From Nitrosomonadales bacterium (GTDB taxonomy: Bacteria; Pseudomonadota; Gammaproteobacteria; Burkholderiales; Gallionellaceae): a stretch of DNA of 32,000 bases. Shown in pieces: positions 22,446 through 32,000 of this stretch. The notes under the pieces are model-generated. The model searched no databases and was not told the DNA's origin. It was given only the letters and a program-made list of their open reading frames with translations. Numbering within the stretch: position 1 is the stretch's first letter; the number at the start of each line of letters is the position of its first letter. A program made the translations under genes and the position numbers. The DNA lies in the NCBI GenBank assembly GCA_023259055.1, contig JAHFQZ010000001.1, positions 575,931 through 607,930 of the forward strand, given 5' to 3'.

Positions 22446-25229
22446 TTATCCACTGTTGCGCAGTCCGGTGGCAATGCCGTTGATGGTGAGGTGAATTGCT
22501 CGTTTTACGAGCACGTCTTCGTCGCCGGCACGATGGCGTTCCAGCAGGGCAACCTGCAAATGGTTGAGCGGATCGATATACGGAGTGCGCGTCAGGAGGC
22601 TACGCGCAAACGCCGGATTATCCTGTAGCAGAGTGGTTTTACCGGTTACGGCAAAAAGCATTTCCACGGTACTTTCCCATTCGCTGCTGATCATGCCAAA
22701 TATCCGTTCGCGCAGTGGAACGTCTTTCACAAGACCTGCATAGCGCGAAGCAATCCCCATGTCGGTTTTGGACAGCACCATGTCCATGTTGGACATCAGC
22801 CCGCGGAAGAATGCCCAGTTTTTATACATCGACTGCAACTGCGCCAATCCGGCATCGCCCTCGTGTTCTACAAATTGTTTCACCGCACTGCCGAAACCGA
22901 ACCAGCCCGGCAGTAGCGTGCGGTTCAAGCTCCAGCTGAATACCCACGGTATGGCGCGCAAATCCTCAATGCGATCCGATGAAGTGCGTGACGAAGGCCG
23001 GCTGCCGATGTTGAGTTCGGCGATTTCGCGGATCGGCGTGGTAGTGAAAAAATATTCGGTAAACCCGGGCGTTTCATACACCAACTTGCGGTAGGCGACG
23101 AAGGCGTCGCGACTCAAAGCTTCCATGATGCGATGATATTCCGGCATCGTGCTGTCCGCACCGTGGTGATGCAGCAGCGTTGCTTCCATGGTCGCGGCGA
23201 TTAGTGTCTCCAGATTGCGCCTACCGATTTCCGGATTGGAGTATTTGCTGGCGATTACTTCGCCCTGCTCGGTGATGCGTATTTGGCCGTTCACGCTGCC
23301 CGGCGGCTGCGCCAGGATCGCGTCGTAGCTGGGGCCGCCACCGCGCCCGACGGTGCCGCCGCGGCCGTGAAAAAGGCGCAGTTCGATTCCGTGTTTCTCG
23401 AACACTTTCACCAATTCCAGTTCGGCTTTGTACAGCTCCCAGTTTGAGGTGAGGTAGCCGCCATCCTTGTTGCTGTCGGAATAGCCAAGCATCACTTCCT
23501 GCGTGTTGCTCCGGTTGGCGAGCAGCTTGCGGTACCAGGAGATCGAAAAAAGCTCGTCCATGATGACCGCACAACCGCGCAGGTCTTCGATGGTTTCGAA
23601 CAGCGGGACAATATTGATATGCAGGGCCGAATTCTCTCCGCCTTCCAGCAGCCCGACCTGCTGCAGCATCAGGGCGAGTTCCAGCATGTCGCTCACGGCA
23701 TCGGTCTTGGAGATGATGTGGTTGGGTAACGCTTCGCGACCGAAGCGTTGATGGATTTGTGCAGCGGCCTGCATGATGCGCAGCTCGCTTTGCGTTGCAG
23801 CAGAATATTGCCCCATTTTGACGAACAGCGGCTTGCCATCTTGCAGCGCTGCCAGTAACACTTCACGGCGCCCGGCTTCGTCCATGTCTTTATAATTGGC
23901 CTTGCCGCTACTATGAGAGAAAAGCTCGGCAACGGTCTGTTCGTGAATAGCGCTGTGCTGGCGCATGTCCAGCGGCGCGAGATGAAAACCGAACACCTCG
24001 GCGGCGCGGCGCAGGTTGGCGAGCCGCCCGCGCGCGAGATGAACCGCGCCGTGCTTGAACAATGAGTCGATCATAACATCGAGATCATTGATGAATTCCT
24101 GCGGCACTACGTATGGCCGCGCATTCATGTCCACTGGCGGCAGATGCGAGATTTCGTGTCTGAGGTGTCTTGCGGTGGCAGAGAGGCGTGAATAAACCAG
24201 AATAAGCGCGCGACGATAAGGCTCGTCTTCGCGGGCGGCAGATTTGTCAGGAGAATCGTCGGAGAGCTTGCTCAATTCATCGCTGACGTCCACTAGGCGG
24301 TCAGTCAGGCTCAAGCGGTTTCCCAGGAGGTTCGTTTCGCTCAAGTAGTGCTCGAATACCAGCGCTGAGTGTTGCTGCACCGCGTCCAGCATTACGTCGT
24401 GTGTGACAAAAGGATTGCCGTCGCGGTCGCCACCGATCCAGCTACCTACGCGCAATAGCGGCGGTATATGGATGTCTTTGCCGAAGCGTTCCTCCAGTTG
24501 CTTTTCCAGATTGGAATAAATCTTCGGGATTTCGCTGAGGAAGGTATAGCGGTAAAACTCCAGACCGTTCTTGATCTCATCGCGCACGGTCAGTTTGGCG
24601 GTGCGCAGCATCCGCGTCTGCCAGAGCACCAGCACGAAGCGGCGCAGGGCATCTTCGTTCTCGTCCAACTCGTCGGGTGTCATTTCTACGCGGTCGCGGT
24701 CTGACAGCAAACGCGAAATGACCAACTGGCAGTCGAGAATGCTCTTGCGCTGCACTTCGGTAGGATGCGCGGTCAAAACCGGTGAGATCAGCGCGCTTTC
24801 CAGAAAGGTTTGCAGCATCTTTTTGCCGATGCCCCTTTCCTTGATGCGCTCCATCGCCAGCAACAGGCTTCCGTCCTTCGAGGGGGTTCCTGCTTTGAGA
24901 TGGGCACGATGGCGTCGGTTGTGATGCAGGTCTTCGGCGATGTTGGAAAGCTGCGAAAAGTAGCTGAAGGCGCGCACTACCGCCAGCGTTTCGCTCGGTG
25001 AGAGAGCGTCAAGCGTCTGCTCGAGTTGCTCGCGATCGCGTTCATCCTGCGTTTTGCGGAAACGTATCGCGGCGCGACGCACATTCTCGATCAGCGCGTA
25101 GTATTCTTCGCCTTCCTGCTCGCGTAGCGTCTCTCCCAGAATGCGATTTAACAGGCGCACATCATTGCGCAGCGGCAAATCCTTGCTGGAAATATCGGCG
25201 GGAGCGGCAATCAAATTCATCACACTCAT
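22446..25229 (-). CDS. ppc: Phosphoenolpyruvate carboxylase
   Basis: About 927 aa. [35 protein letters not shown] and the C-terminal GLRNSG signatures. Start is ambiguous among 25220, 25229, 25241 (GTG after GAGGAG) and 25253. Confidence 0.92.
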   Translation of the reverse strand: MSVMNLIAAPADISSKDLPLRNDVRLLNRILGETLREQEGEEYYALIENVRRAAIRFRKTQDERDREQLEQTLDALSPSETLAVVRAFSYFSQLSNIAEDLHHNRRHRAHLKAGTPSKDGSLLLAMERIKERGIGKKMLQTFLESALISPVLTAHPTEVQRKSILDCQLVISRLLSDRDRVEMTPDELDENEDALRRFVLVLWQTRMLRTAKLTVRDEIKNGLEFYRYTFLSEIPKIYSNLEKQLEERFGKDIHIPPLLRVGSWIGGDRDGNPFVTHDVMLDAVQQHSALVFEHYLSETNLLGNRLSLTDRLVDVSDELSKLSDDSPDKSAAREDEPYRRALILVYSRLSATARHLRHEISHLPPVDMNARPYVVPQEFINDLDVMIDSLFKHGAVHLARGRLANLRRAAEVFGFHLAPLDMRQHSAIHEQTVAELFSHSSGKANYKDMDEAGRREVLLAALQDGKPLFVKMGQYSAATQSELRIMQAAAQIHQRFGREALPNHIISKTDAVSDMLELALMLQQVGLLEGGENSALHINIVPLFETIEDLRGCAVIMDELFSISWYRKLLANRSNTQEVMLGYSDSNKDGGYLTSNWELYKAELELVKVFEKHGIELRLFHGRGGTVGRGGGPSYDAILAQPPGSVNGQIRITEQGEVIASKYSNPEIGRRNLETLIAATMEATLLHHHGADSTMPEYHRIMEALSRDAFVAYRKLVYETPGFTEYFFTTTPIREIAELNIGSRPSSRTSSDRIEDLRAIPWVFSWSLNRTLLPGWFGFGSAVKQFVEHEGDAGLAQLQSMYKNWAFFRGLMSNMDMVLSKTDMGIASRYAGLVKDVPLRERIFGMISSEWESTVEMLFAVTGKTTLLQDNPAFARSLLTRTPYIDPLNHLQVALLERHRAGDEDVLVKRAIHLTINGIATGLRNSG

Positions 25230-25293
25230 ACGAAAAAGCACGATGCTCCTCATGTTAGAATGTACCGCGTATGTTCAATATTCAGGAAATCCG

Positions 25294-26250
25294 ATGAGCA
25301 AAACCCCTTCAACATCACCTTCGCCATTCCCTTCTCGTTTGGTGATCGCTTCGCGCGAAAGCGCATTAGCCATGTGGCAAGCCGAATACATCCGGGACAG
25401 GCTGCGCGAATTATATCCGCAAACCGAAGTTAGCATCCTGGGTATGACCACTCAGGGCGACCAGATCCTCGATGTAACGCTGTCAAAAATCGGCGGCAAG
25501 GGCCTGTTCGTGAAAGAGCTTGAAACCGCTCTGGAAGACGGCCGCGCCGATCTCGCCGTACACTCGCTGAAGGACGTGCCAATGCACCTGCCGGAGGGAT
25601 TTGTCCTTGCCGCAATCGGCGAGCGCGAGGATCCTCACGATGCGTTTGTTTCAAGCCGTTATGAAAATCTGGCCTCATTACCGCCGGGCAGCGTGGTAGG
25701 CACATCCAGCCTGCGCCGCGAGAGCCAGCTGCGTGCACGCTTTCCGCATTTGAAGATCGAGCCGTTGCGCGGCAACGTGCAGACCCGTTTGCGCAAACTG
25801 GACGAAGGGCAATATGCCGCTATCATACTCGCCGCGGCCGGACTGAAACGGCTTGGACTAGGCAGTCGCATTCGCGCGTTGATCACCAGCGAGGACAGCC
25901 TGCCTGCCGTCGGGCAAGGCGCGCTTGGCATCGAATGCCGCGCTGATCGCGCTGATGTAATCGCCTTGCTGCAACCGCTGCATCATCCCGATACCGCCGC
26001 CTGTGTGCTGGCGGAACGCGCCATGAGCCGTGCATTGGCGGGCAGCTGCCAGGTGCCGCTGGGCGGTTTTGCCGAAGTGAGGAACGGCAAGCTGCGAATG
26101 CGCGGTTTTGTCGCCAGCCCGGATGGCAAACGCATGGCACGCGCCGAGTTGATAGGCGACGTCTCCAACCCTGAAGCGTTGGGCAATCAGGTTGCCGATG
26201 CGTTGCGCGCGCAGGGTGCGGAAGAAATTCTCGCGTCGCTGAATGTCTAA
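25294..26250 (+). CDS. hemC: Hydroxymethylbilane synthase (porphobilinogen deaminase)
   Basis: 318 aa from ATG 25294 (AGGAA SD). [44 protein letters not shown]. Divergent from ppc. Confidence 0.92.
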   Translation: MSKTPSTSPSPFPSRLVIASRESALAMWQAEYIRDRLRELYPQTEVSILGMTTQGDQILDVTLSKIGGKGLFVKELETALEDGRADLAVHSLKDVPMHLPEGFVLAAIGEREDPHDAFVSSRYENLASLPPGSVVGTSSLRRESQLRARFPHLKIEPLRGNVQTRLRKLDEGQYAAIILAAAGLKRLGLGSRIRALITSEDSLPAVGQGALGIECRADRADVIALLQPLHHPDTAACVLAERAMSRALAGSCQVPLGGFAEVRNGKLRMRGFVASPDGKRMARAELIGDVSNPEALGNQVADALRAQGAEEILASLNV

Positions 26251-26267
26251 AATACCGTTAGCCGGGA

Positions 26268-27032
26268 ATGTCTGAGAAGCCGCTTGCCGGACTGAAAATC
26301 CTGGTTACTCGGCCTCGTGACCAGACTAAGCAGCTGGCGCAGCAAATTCAGCAGGCTGGCGGCATCCCGCTGCTGTTTCCGTTGCTGGAAATCGCGCCTG
26401 TGCAGGACACCAAAACGTTACGCGAGCAGGTATCCCGTCTCACACAATTCAATCTCGCGGTCTTCATCAGCCCGAATGCGGTGACATACGGCATGACGGC
26501 GATACGTGCTGCGGGTGATCTTCCGCCGGCACTGAAGATTGCCACGATCGGGCAAGGCAGCGCGAAAGCTCTGCATGAATTGGGTATCGCCAATGTTATC
26601 GCGCCGACCGAATGTTTCGACAGCGAAGGGCTGCTGGCCATGCCGGAGTTGCAAAACATTGCCGGATGGCGCGTGATGATATTTCGCGGTGATGGCGGGA
26701 GGGAGTTGCTGGGCGATACGCTCAGGTCACGCGGCGCGACGGTGGAATATGCCGCCTGTTACCAACGCAGCAAGCCGCAGTGGGATATTCAAGCATTACT
26801 GGATGCCGCTCCAGATGCAATAACGGTAACGAGCAGCGAGGCCTTGGGGTATCTGTGGCAGATGCTGGGCGCTACGCAAAACGATAATATATCCCGTATA
26901 CCGCTATTTGTGCCGCATAAACGCATTGCCGAGCTGGCGCGCATGCAAGGATGGCAGCGGGTGCAATTAACAGATGCCGGGGATGAAGGTTTGCTTTCGG
27001 CTTTGATAGCATGGAATTCGGAAGACAGATGA
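26268..27032 (+). CDS. hemD: Uroporphyrinogen-III synthase
   Basis: 254 aa. Position between hemC and hemX. HEM4-like pattern (ILVTRP ... AVFISPNAV ... ATIGQGSA). Confidence 0.85.
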   Translation: MSEKPLAGLKILVTRPRDQTKQLAQQIQQAGGIPLLFPLLEIAPVQDTKTLREQVSRLTQFNLAVFISPNAVTYGMTAIRAAGDLPPALKIATIGQGSAKALHELGIANVIAPTECFDSEGLLAMPELQNIAGWRVMIFRGDGGRELLGDTLRSRGATVEYAACYQRSKPQWDIQALLDAAPDAITVTSSEALGYLWQMLGATQNDNISRIPLFVPHKRIAELARMQGWQRVQLTDAGDEGLLSALIAWNSEDR

Positions 27033-27042
27033 AAGGTATTGA

Positions 27043-28176
27043 ATGAGCGAGCAAACTCCACAACCAGAAAACATCGGGCCGAAAACCATTGAACTGGATA
27101 ATGCGGTGCTGCCTGAACAACCAAGCATGGCAAGAAATGCCGGGCTGGTAAATTCATTGTCGCACATTAGCATCACGCAAATGACGCTGGCAATATTGGT
27201 AGTTATTTTTTTGTGGCAATGGCAGGCTGGACACCGCGCCATTAGCGACGTTCAGCAGCAGCTGGCAAGCAAAATCACTGAAATGAATGGTGGCAGCAAG
27301 GCCAATCAGATTTTGCTGGCACAAAGCCAGGAGCAAGTGCGCGATCTGTCCGCCAAGGTTGCGGCGCTCGAATCACGTTATGCAGAGGCTCAAAATCAGC
27401 GTGCGGCGCTTGAAGCTTTATATGCCGACGTGTCGGTTAGCCGAGATGAATCCGCACTGGCAGATGTAGAACAAATGCTGCTAATCGCCGCGCAGCAATT
27501 ACAGTTGTCGTCCAACGTAAAAGTGGCGATGATCGCCATGCAGAGTGCCGATGCGCGTTTGCAGAGCATGAACCGGCCTGCCTTCAATACACTGCGCAAA
27601 ACCATCAGCCAGGATATGGACAAGTTGCGAGCGCTGCCCAACGTGGATATTGCCGGTGCCAGTTATCAACTTGATAATTTGATGGCCTCTGTTGATGAGT
27701 TGCCGTTGGCCTATCATCAACGCGCAGTGACTGAAGTGGTAACGCAAACTGCTTCTCCAAAAGATGAAACGGCTTGGCAAAAGCTGCTGCGCGAAATTGT
27801 GCAAGAGATAAAGCAGCTGGTGCGCATCGAAAACACCGGCAAAGCTGAGATTCCGCTATTGCCGCCCAACCAGGAGTTTTTTCTGCGCGAAAATCTTAAA
27901 CTTCGTTTAATGTCGGCACACCTTGCACTGATGTCGCGTGACGAGGAAAGTTTCAGGCAAGAACTGAAAACAGCGCAGCTTTGGACAGCACGTTATTTCG
28001 ACGGCAAATCGAATGAGAGCATGCGGATGCTGTCCGGATTGAAAAAATTGGCGGCCTCCAGCATCCATATTGAATTGCCTGACATCAGCCTGAGTTTGCA
28101 GGCTGTGCGCAACTATCGTTTAACGCACGAAAACGAGCCAAGAGCGAGCTTCGATTCCCGGACTAAGCCGCGATGA
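27043..28176 (+). CDS. hemX: HemX-family membrane protein (often mis-annotated as uroporphyrinogen-III C-methyltransferase)
   Basis: 377 aa with one N-terminal TM, a long coiled-coil-rich periplasmic part, conserved position in hemCDXY, and an ATGA overlap with hemY. Confidence 0.8.
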   Translation: MSEQTPQPENIGPKTIELDNAVLPEQPSMARNAGLVNSLSHISITQMTLAILVVIFLWQWQAGHRAISDVQQQLASKITEMNGGSKANQILLAQSQEQVRDLSAKVAALESRYAEAQNQRAALEALYADVSVSRDESALADVEQMLLIAAQQLQLSSNVKVAMIAMQSADARLQSMNRPAFNTLRKTISQDMDKLRALPNVDIAGASYQLDNLMASVDELPLAYHQRAVTEVVTQTASPKDETAWQKLLREIVQEIKQLVRIENTGKAEIPLLPPNQEFFLRENLKLRLMSAHLALMSRDEESFRQELKTAQLWTARYFDGKSNESMRMLSGLKKLAASSIHIELPDISLSLQAVRNYRLTHENEPRASFDSRTKPR

Positions 28177-29342
28177 AATATTTGTTCTGGATACTGCTGT
28201 TATTTGGCGCTGCGGTTGCACTGGCCACTGCGTCGCACAATCCTGCTTACGTGTTGTTGGTATATCCGCCGTATCGTATCGAGCTATCGCTTACACTGTT
28301 CGTCGTTTTGTTCATACTCACCTTTATTCTCGCCTATGGGTTGATACGACTTACGCTCGCCGCGATACATCTGCCGTCGTATGTGAGGACGTATCGTTTG
28401 GAGCGCGCACAAAGCAAAGGACGCAAGTTGTTGGACGATGCGCTCATCGCTTTTTTTGAAGGGCGCTATGCTGCGGCGGAAAATGCCTCTGCGCATGCAA
28501 TGGAATTGGGTAGCACTTCCGCACTGCATCCAATCATCGCGGCGCGCGCGGCACACGAATTACGCGAATTTGATAAACGCGATGCCTATCTCGCCGATGC
28601 CAAAAGCAAAACCGTGGGCGAGAATACGATGCGACTGATTGCAAAGACCGAGTTTCAGCTCAGCCAGAAACAACCCCAATCGGCGCTCAACTCGCTGAAG
28701 GAGTTGAGCGACTCGGGCATACGCAGGCATGTCGGCTCGCTTAGTCTGGAACTGAAGGCTCAACAGCAGGCGCGCAACTGGGACGCGGTGCTGGATGTGG
28801 TAACGCAGCTGGAGAAACGCAACGCAATCGACAAGGTGGTCAGCGAACAGCTGCGTCAACAAGCCTGGCTGGAAAAGTTGCGCGGACAAGCACAGGACAT
28901 TGCCGCTTTGCGTGCGCTGTGGAAATCCATCCCCAAGGAATTCAAATATCGCGGAAAGATCGCGGCGGCGGCCGCCCAAGCGTTCTGCAAGCTGGGCGAA
29001 GGCCAAAGTGCTCAGCAACTACTTACCGAAAGTCTTAATGCGCAATGGGACAGCGAGCTGGCCGCATTGTTAGGCGACTGCCATTCCGGAGATGTGGTGG
29101 CGCAGATCGAGCAAGCCGAGCGCTGGCTGAAAGAACATAACGACGATGCCGGGCTGTTGCTTGCGCTCGGAAAGTTATGCCTGCATCAAAAACTGTGGGG
29201 CAAAGCCCAGAACTATCTTGATGCGAGTATCAGCCTGAAACCAGGTCATGCAGCCTATACCGCTCTGGGTCAATTTGCAGAGAAAATGGGCCAACACGAA
29301 CAGGCGCTTGCCTACTTCCAGAAGGCGGCATTGTTTCGCTAG
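28173..29342 (+). CDS. hemY: HemY-family protein (HemY_N plus TPR)
   Basis: 389 aa with two N-terminal TM helices then TPR-like repeats. Last gene of hemCDXY. Confidence 0.8.
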   Translation: MKYLFWILLLFGAAVALATASHNPAYVLLVYPPYRIELSLTLFVVLFILTFILAYGLIRLTLAAIHLPSYVRTYRLERAQSKGRKLLDDALIAFFEGRYAAAENASAHAMELGSTSALHPIIAARAAHELREFDKRDAYLADAKSKTVGENTMRLIAKTEFQLSQKQPQSALNSLKELSDSGIRRHVGSLSLELKAQQQARNWDAVLDVVTQLEKRNAIDKVVSEQLRQQAWLEKLRGQAQDIAALRALWKSIPKEFKYRGKIAAAAAQAFCKLGEGQSAQQLLTESLNAQWDSELAALLGDCHSGDVVAQIEQAERWLKEHNDDAGLLLALGKLCLHQKLWGKAQNYLDASISLKPGHAAYTALGQFAEKMGQHEQALAYFQKAALFR

Positions 29343-29451
29343 AAAGAGAATCGGGGATTGGAAACACTGTAACGGCCTGCGGGCGTATTCCAGACAAATT
29401 ACATCCGGCCCGGAATCCCTGCGCAAAGCTGTTCCATCAAAGATGGCGGGA

Positions 29452-30465
29452 TTATTCTTTCGGCGTAAAGGTAAACATATCCGAAAAAAACGCATCTTCC
29501 GGCAGCCCTCGCTGAACGGTATAGTCTCGACGAGCAGCTTCAACCATTACGGGCGCGCCGCAGGCGTAAACTTCATACTCGGACAGATCGCGAAAATCAT
29601 CCAGAACTGCCTGATGCACCAATCCGATTCTGCCTTGCCAATTGTCGCTAGGCAGCGGTTCCGAAAGTACCGGAGTGAATTTGACACCGCTGCTTTCCCA
29701 TTGCTTAGCCTTTTCCAGCATATAGAAATCTGCCAATTTATGCACGCCCCAATAGAAATGCATCGTCCGTTTTAGATCGATGTGCAAAGCGTGTTCGATG
29801 ATCGCCTTGATCGGGGCAAAACCGGTACCGCTTGCGACGAAAATGACCGGTTTATCCGAATCTTCGCGCAGGAAGAATGTACCGAGCGGTCCCCTGATGC
29901 GCAGGATGTCGCGTTCTTTCATTTCGTTGAATACATGCCCTGTAAACGCACCGCCTGTGATTAAGCGAACATGCAACTCGAGAAATTCGTCGTTGTGCGG
30001 TGCATTGGCCAGCGAAAAGCTGCGCGGTTTTTGATCTTTCAACAAAATGCTGATGTATTGGCCGGCAAGGAATTGCAGCCTTTCATTGGTTGGCAGCCTG
30101 AGCTGCAGCACCATCACATCCTCTGCCAGTTTGTCCATTTTCTGAACGCGGCACGGCATGGTTCTCACCGGAATATCACTGACAGCATTCACTTCGCGAC
30201 ATTCGATTACCAGGTCCGATTGCGGCTTTGCGCAACAGAACAATGCCATACCCGCCGCTTTTTCCACATCCGTCAACGTGCTGGCCAAATACTTGCCGTA
30301 GTCCACCCGCCCTTCTGCAATTTTCCCTTTGCACACGCCACACACTCCATCCCTGCAGTTATACGGCAGGATGTAGCCGTGCTTGATTGCAGCTTCTAGG
30401 ATGGTTTCGTGTTCCTCAATGGGGAAGTTGTGGCCGCTTGGCTGGATAGTAGCTCGAAAGGACAT
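29452..30465 (-). CDS. 2Fe-2S ferredoxin / FAD-NAD(P)H oxidoreductase (CDP-6-deoxy-delta-3,4-glucoseen reductase-like)
   Basis: 337 aa. Plant-type cluster CRDGVCGVC...C, FAD motif RSFSLAN, NAD motif GTGFAP. Confidence 0.8.
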   Translation of the reverse strand: MSFRATIQPSGHNFPIEEHETILEAAIKHGYILPYNCRDGVCGVCKGKIAEGRVDYGKYLASTLTDVEKAAGMALFCCAKPQSDLVIECREVNAVSDIPVRTMPCRVQKMDKLAEDVMVLQLRLPTNERLQFLAGQYISILLKDQKPRSFSLANAPHNDEFLELHVRLITGGAFTGHVFNEMKERDILRIRGPLGTFFLREDSDKPVIFVASGTGFAPIKAIIEHALHIDLKRTMHFYWGVHKLADFYMLEKAKQWESSGVKFTPVLSEPLPSDNWQGRIGLVHQAVLDDFRDLSEYEVYACGAPVMVEAARRDYTVQRGLPEDAFFSDMFTFTPKE

Positions 30466-30517
30466 AATGAATGTTGCCAGTTACGCGCAAACAAGAATTT
30501 TAACGCATAATCAGCGC

Positions 30518-31396
30518 ATGAAACGCTTGCTGATTATCGGTTGCGGAGACGTGGCCAGGCGCACCATTCCTTTGCTGGTACGCCGCTACCGGGTATATGC
30601 TTTGGTGCGCAATACCTCTTACTGCGCGGCTCTACGTGCTTTGGGTGCAATGCCACTATTAGGCGATTTGGATGATCGTACCAGCCTCTCGCGTGTTGCG
30701 GGATTGGCGAATACGGTGCTTCATTTCGCACCTCCGCAGAACAGCAACACGCACGATACTCGTACGCGCCACCTGCTGGCCGCACTGTCTTATGGAGTCT
30801 TGCCAAAGCAACTGGTATACATCAGCACCAGCGGCGTATATGGCGATTGTCGCGGAGCAATCGTGAGCGAAACACATCCGCTCGCTCCGCAAACAGCGCA
30901 TTCGCAACGCCGTGTCGATGCCGAAAAGTTAATTCGTAACTGGGCAAAACGCAATCAGGTAAGGGTCGGCATTTTGCGCGTGCCTGGTATATATGCGGCA
31001 GAGCGCTTGCCGCTAAGCCGTTTGCAACAAGGCACACCTTGCATCATCAGTAGCGAGGACAGCTACACCAATCTTATTCATGCCGATGATCTGGCGCGCA
31101 TCGTCGTAGCGGTTTTGAGAAACGGTTCTGCTTGCCGCGCGTACCACGCAAGCGACGACAGCCAACTGAAGATGGGAGAATACTTCGATGCAGTAGCGAA
31201 TGCATTCGACTTGCCACATCCGCCACGCATTAGCCGCGCCGAGGCTCAACGCGTGTTGCCGGAATCTCTGCTGTCGTTCATGAATGAATCCAAGCGGCTC
31301 GCCAACCAGCGCATGAAGCGTGAGCTGAAGGTTAAATTACTTTATCCTGCGGTAGCTGATTGGCTTGTCACAATCAAGCATTCCAAGGTAGCTTGA
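30518..31396 (+). CDS. NAD(P)-dependent epimerase/SDR-family oxidoreductase
   Basis: 292 aa from ATG 30518 (Rossmann LLIIGCGDVA directly after the start). ORF-track start 30383 would overlap the divergent gene. Confidence 0.7.
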   Translation: MKRLLIIGCGDVARRTIPLLVRRYRVYALVRNTSYCAALRALGAMPLLGDLDDRTSLSRVAGLANTVLHFAPPQNSNTHDTRTRHLLAALSYGVLPKQLVYISTSGVYGDCRGAIVSETHPLAPQTAHSQRRVDAEKLIRNWAKRNQVRVGILRVPGIYAAERLPLSRLQQGTPCIISSEDSYTNLIHADDLARIVVAVLRNGSACRAYHASDDSQLKMGEYFDAVANAFDLPHPPRISRAEAQRVLPESLLSFMNESKRLANQRMKRELKVKLLYPAVADWLVTIKHSKVA

Positions 31397-31455
31397 TGCA
31401 TGTTTCCGCTCTGATTCATATGAGCCTATCAAGTCGTTAAGTCATTTTTTGCGAC

Positions 31456-31491
31456 TGCATCATGTTCACCATTTCGGGTGAACATGATGCA
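31456..31491. repeat. Perfect 15-bp inverted repeat between convergent genes
   Basis: TGCATCATGTTCACC-ATTTCG-GGTGAACATGATGCA. A T6 run lies 5' of it on the + strand; there is no U-tract 3' of the stem on either strand, so it is not a canonical terminator. Confidence 0.7.
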
Positions 31492-31512
31492 ATTCACAAA
31501 CAACTGCTCGTA

Positions 31513-32000
31513 TTAATTATCCCAATCTGGATAATTTGGGATTGATACGGTGTCATTATCGAACACACCCTTATCAGCTTGTGTGTGGCACTTGTTGCAG
31601 TTGCTCAGCGATTTCACATCTTTGTTGCCCTTGACTATTTTCTCCGGAATATCCTTGTGTTTGCGCTTGATATAACGCACCTCAGTGATCCGCAGCGGAG
31701 CCTCACCCTCTGCCGTAGCTAGTGCGATCTTGCGTGAACGCTTGTAAAAGGATTTATCCGCTGCGTTTTCCACCGCGTAATCATGAATTGCCTGCAGCGT
31801 ATCCTTATCAAATTCGGCATTGTCACCAAAGTGATTTTTCAACGCGTCAGCATTCAGCAGTTTCTCCCATGATCTTGCTGGCAGCAAACCCGGTTGATAG
31901 GCAAAGTGGCATTCGCCGCATTCCTTCAGATATCGCTTGTCGGTGACCGGCTTCACTTCTTTGGTGCGATCAAAATTAATCAGCCAGCCCCCAAATGATT
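31513..32000 (-). CDS. Diheme cytochrome c (DHC-like), 5' end beyond the window
   Basis: Two CxxCH motifs (CGECH, CNKCH). The frame stays open upstream of the ORF-track GTG (31956) to the window edge (…SFGGWLINFDRTKEVKPV…), so it is treated as partial. Confidence 0.7.
   Translation of the reverse strand, partial: SFGGWLINFDRTKEVKPVTDKRYLKECGECHFAYQPGLLPARSWEKLLNADALKNHFGDNAEFDKDTLQAIHDYAVENAADKSFYKRSRKIALATAEGEAPLRITEVRYIKRKHKDIPEKIVKGNKDVKSLSNCNKCHTQADKGVFDNDTVSIPNYPDWDN

Noticed and set aside
1-32000. Search for tRNA/rRNA genes, CRISPR arrays, IS elements, integrases and recombinases
   Set aside because: No T-loop/acceptor-like sequences, no regularly spaced repeats, and no transposase/integrase-like ORFs were seen by eye. 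An automated scan (tRNAscan-SE, Infernal, ISEScan) would still be needed to be certain.

Overview
Proteobacterial (beta/gamma-like) chromosomal segment. All domain calls were made by eye from the supplied translations and motifs; no HMM or BLAST search was possible.

Conserved housekeeping genes sit at both ends:
- Left end: argH(-), algZ/algR-like two-component pair(+), tpm(+), eamA-family transporter(+).
- Right end: ppc(-), hemC-hemD-hemX-hemY(+), an FNR-like 2Fe-2S reductase(-), an SDR epimerase-like gene(+), and a partial diheme cytochrome c(-).

Two accessory stretches lie between these blocks.

(A) About 5.55-12.4 kb is a compositionally mosaic, integrase-less defence/decay island that starts directly after the eamA stop codon. 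It contains:
- a 5'-truncated HigB/Gp49-like toxin and a doubly frameshifted XRE antitoxin;
- three tandem ORF6N-domain genes (the middle one a chimeric remnant), each carrying a covarying palindrome inside the coding sequence;
- an AT-rich two-gene ABC-ATPase + DUF4435/Toprim cassette with PARIS (AriA/AriB) architecture;
- a GC-rich NERD nuclease-SF1 helicase fusion.

An RlmN/Cfr-family radical SAM gene with a non-ATG start and a DEDDy exonuclease follow the island.

(B) About 14.3-21 kb is a lower-GC envelope cluster on the minus strand. It contains a large FN3/Kelch lipoprotein with a nested domain layout, an Ala/Pro-rich protein with both a lipobox and a C-terminal TM anchor, a SAM methyltransferase, and a single-POTRA Omp85 barrel. 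A small DUF2188 gene and a small lipoprotein are also present.

No rRNA, tRNA, CRISPR array, IS element or integrase was recognised.
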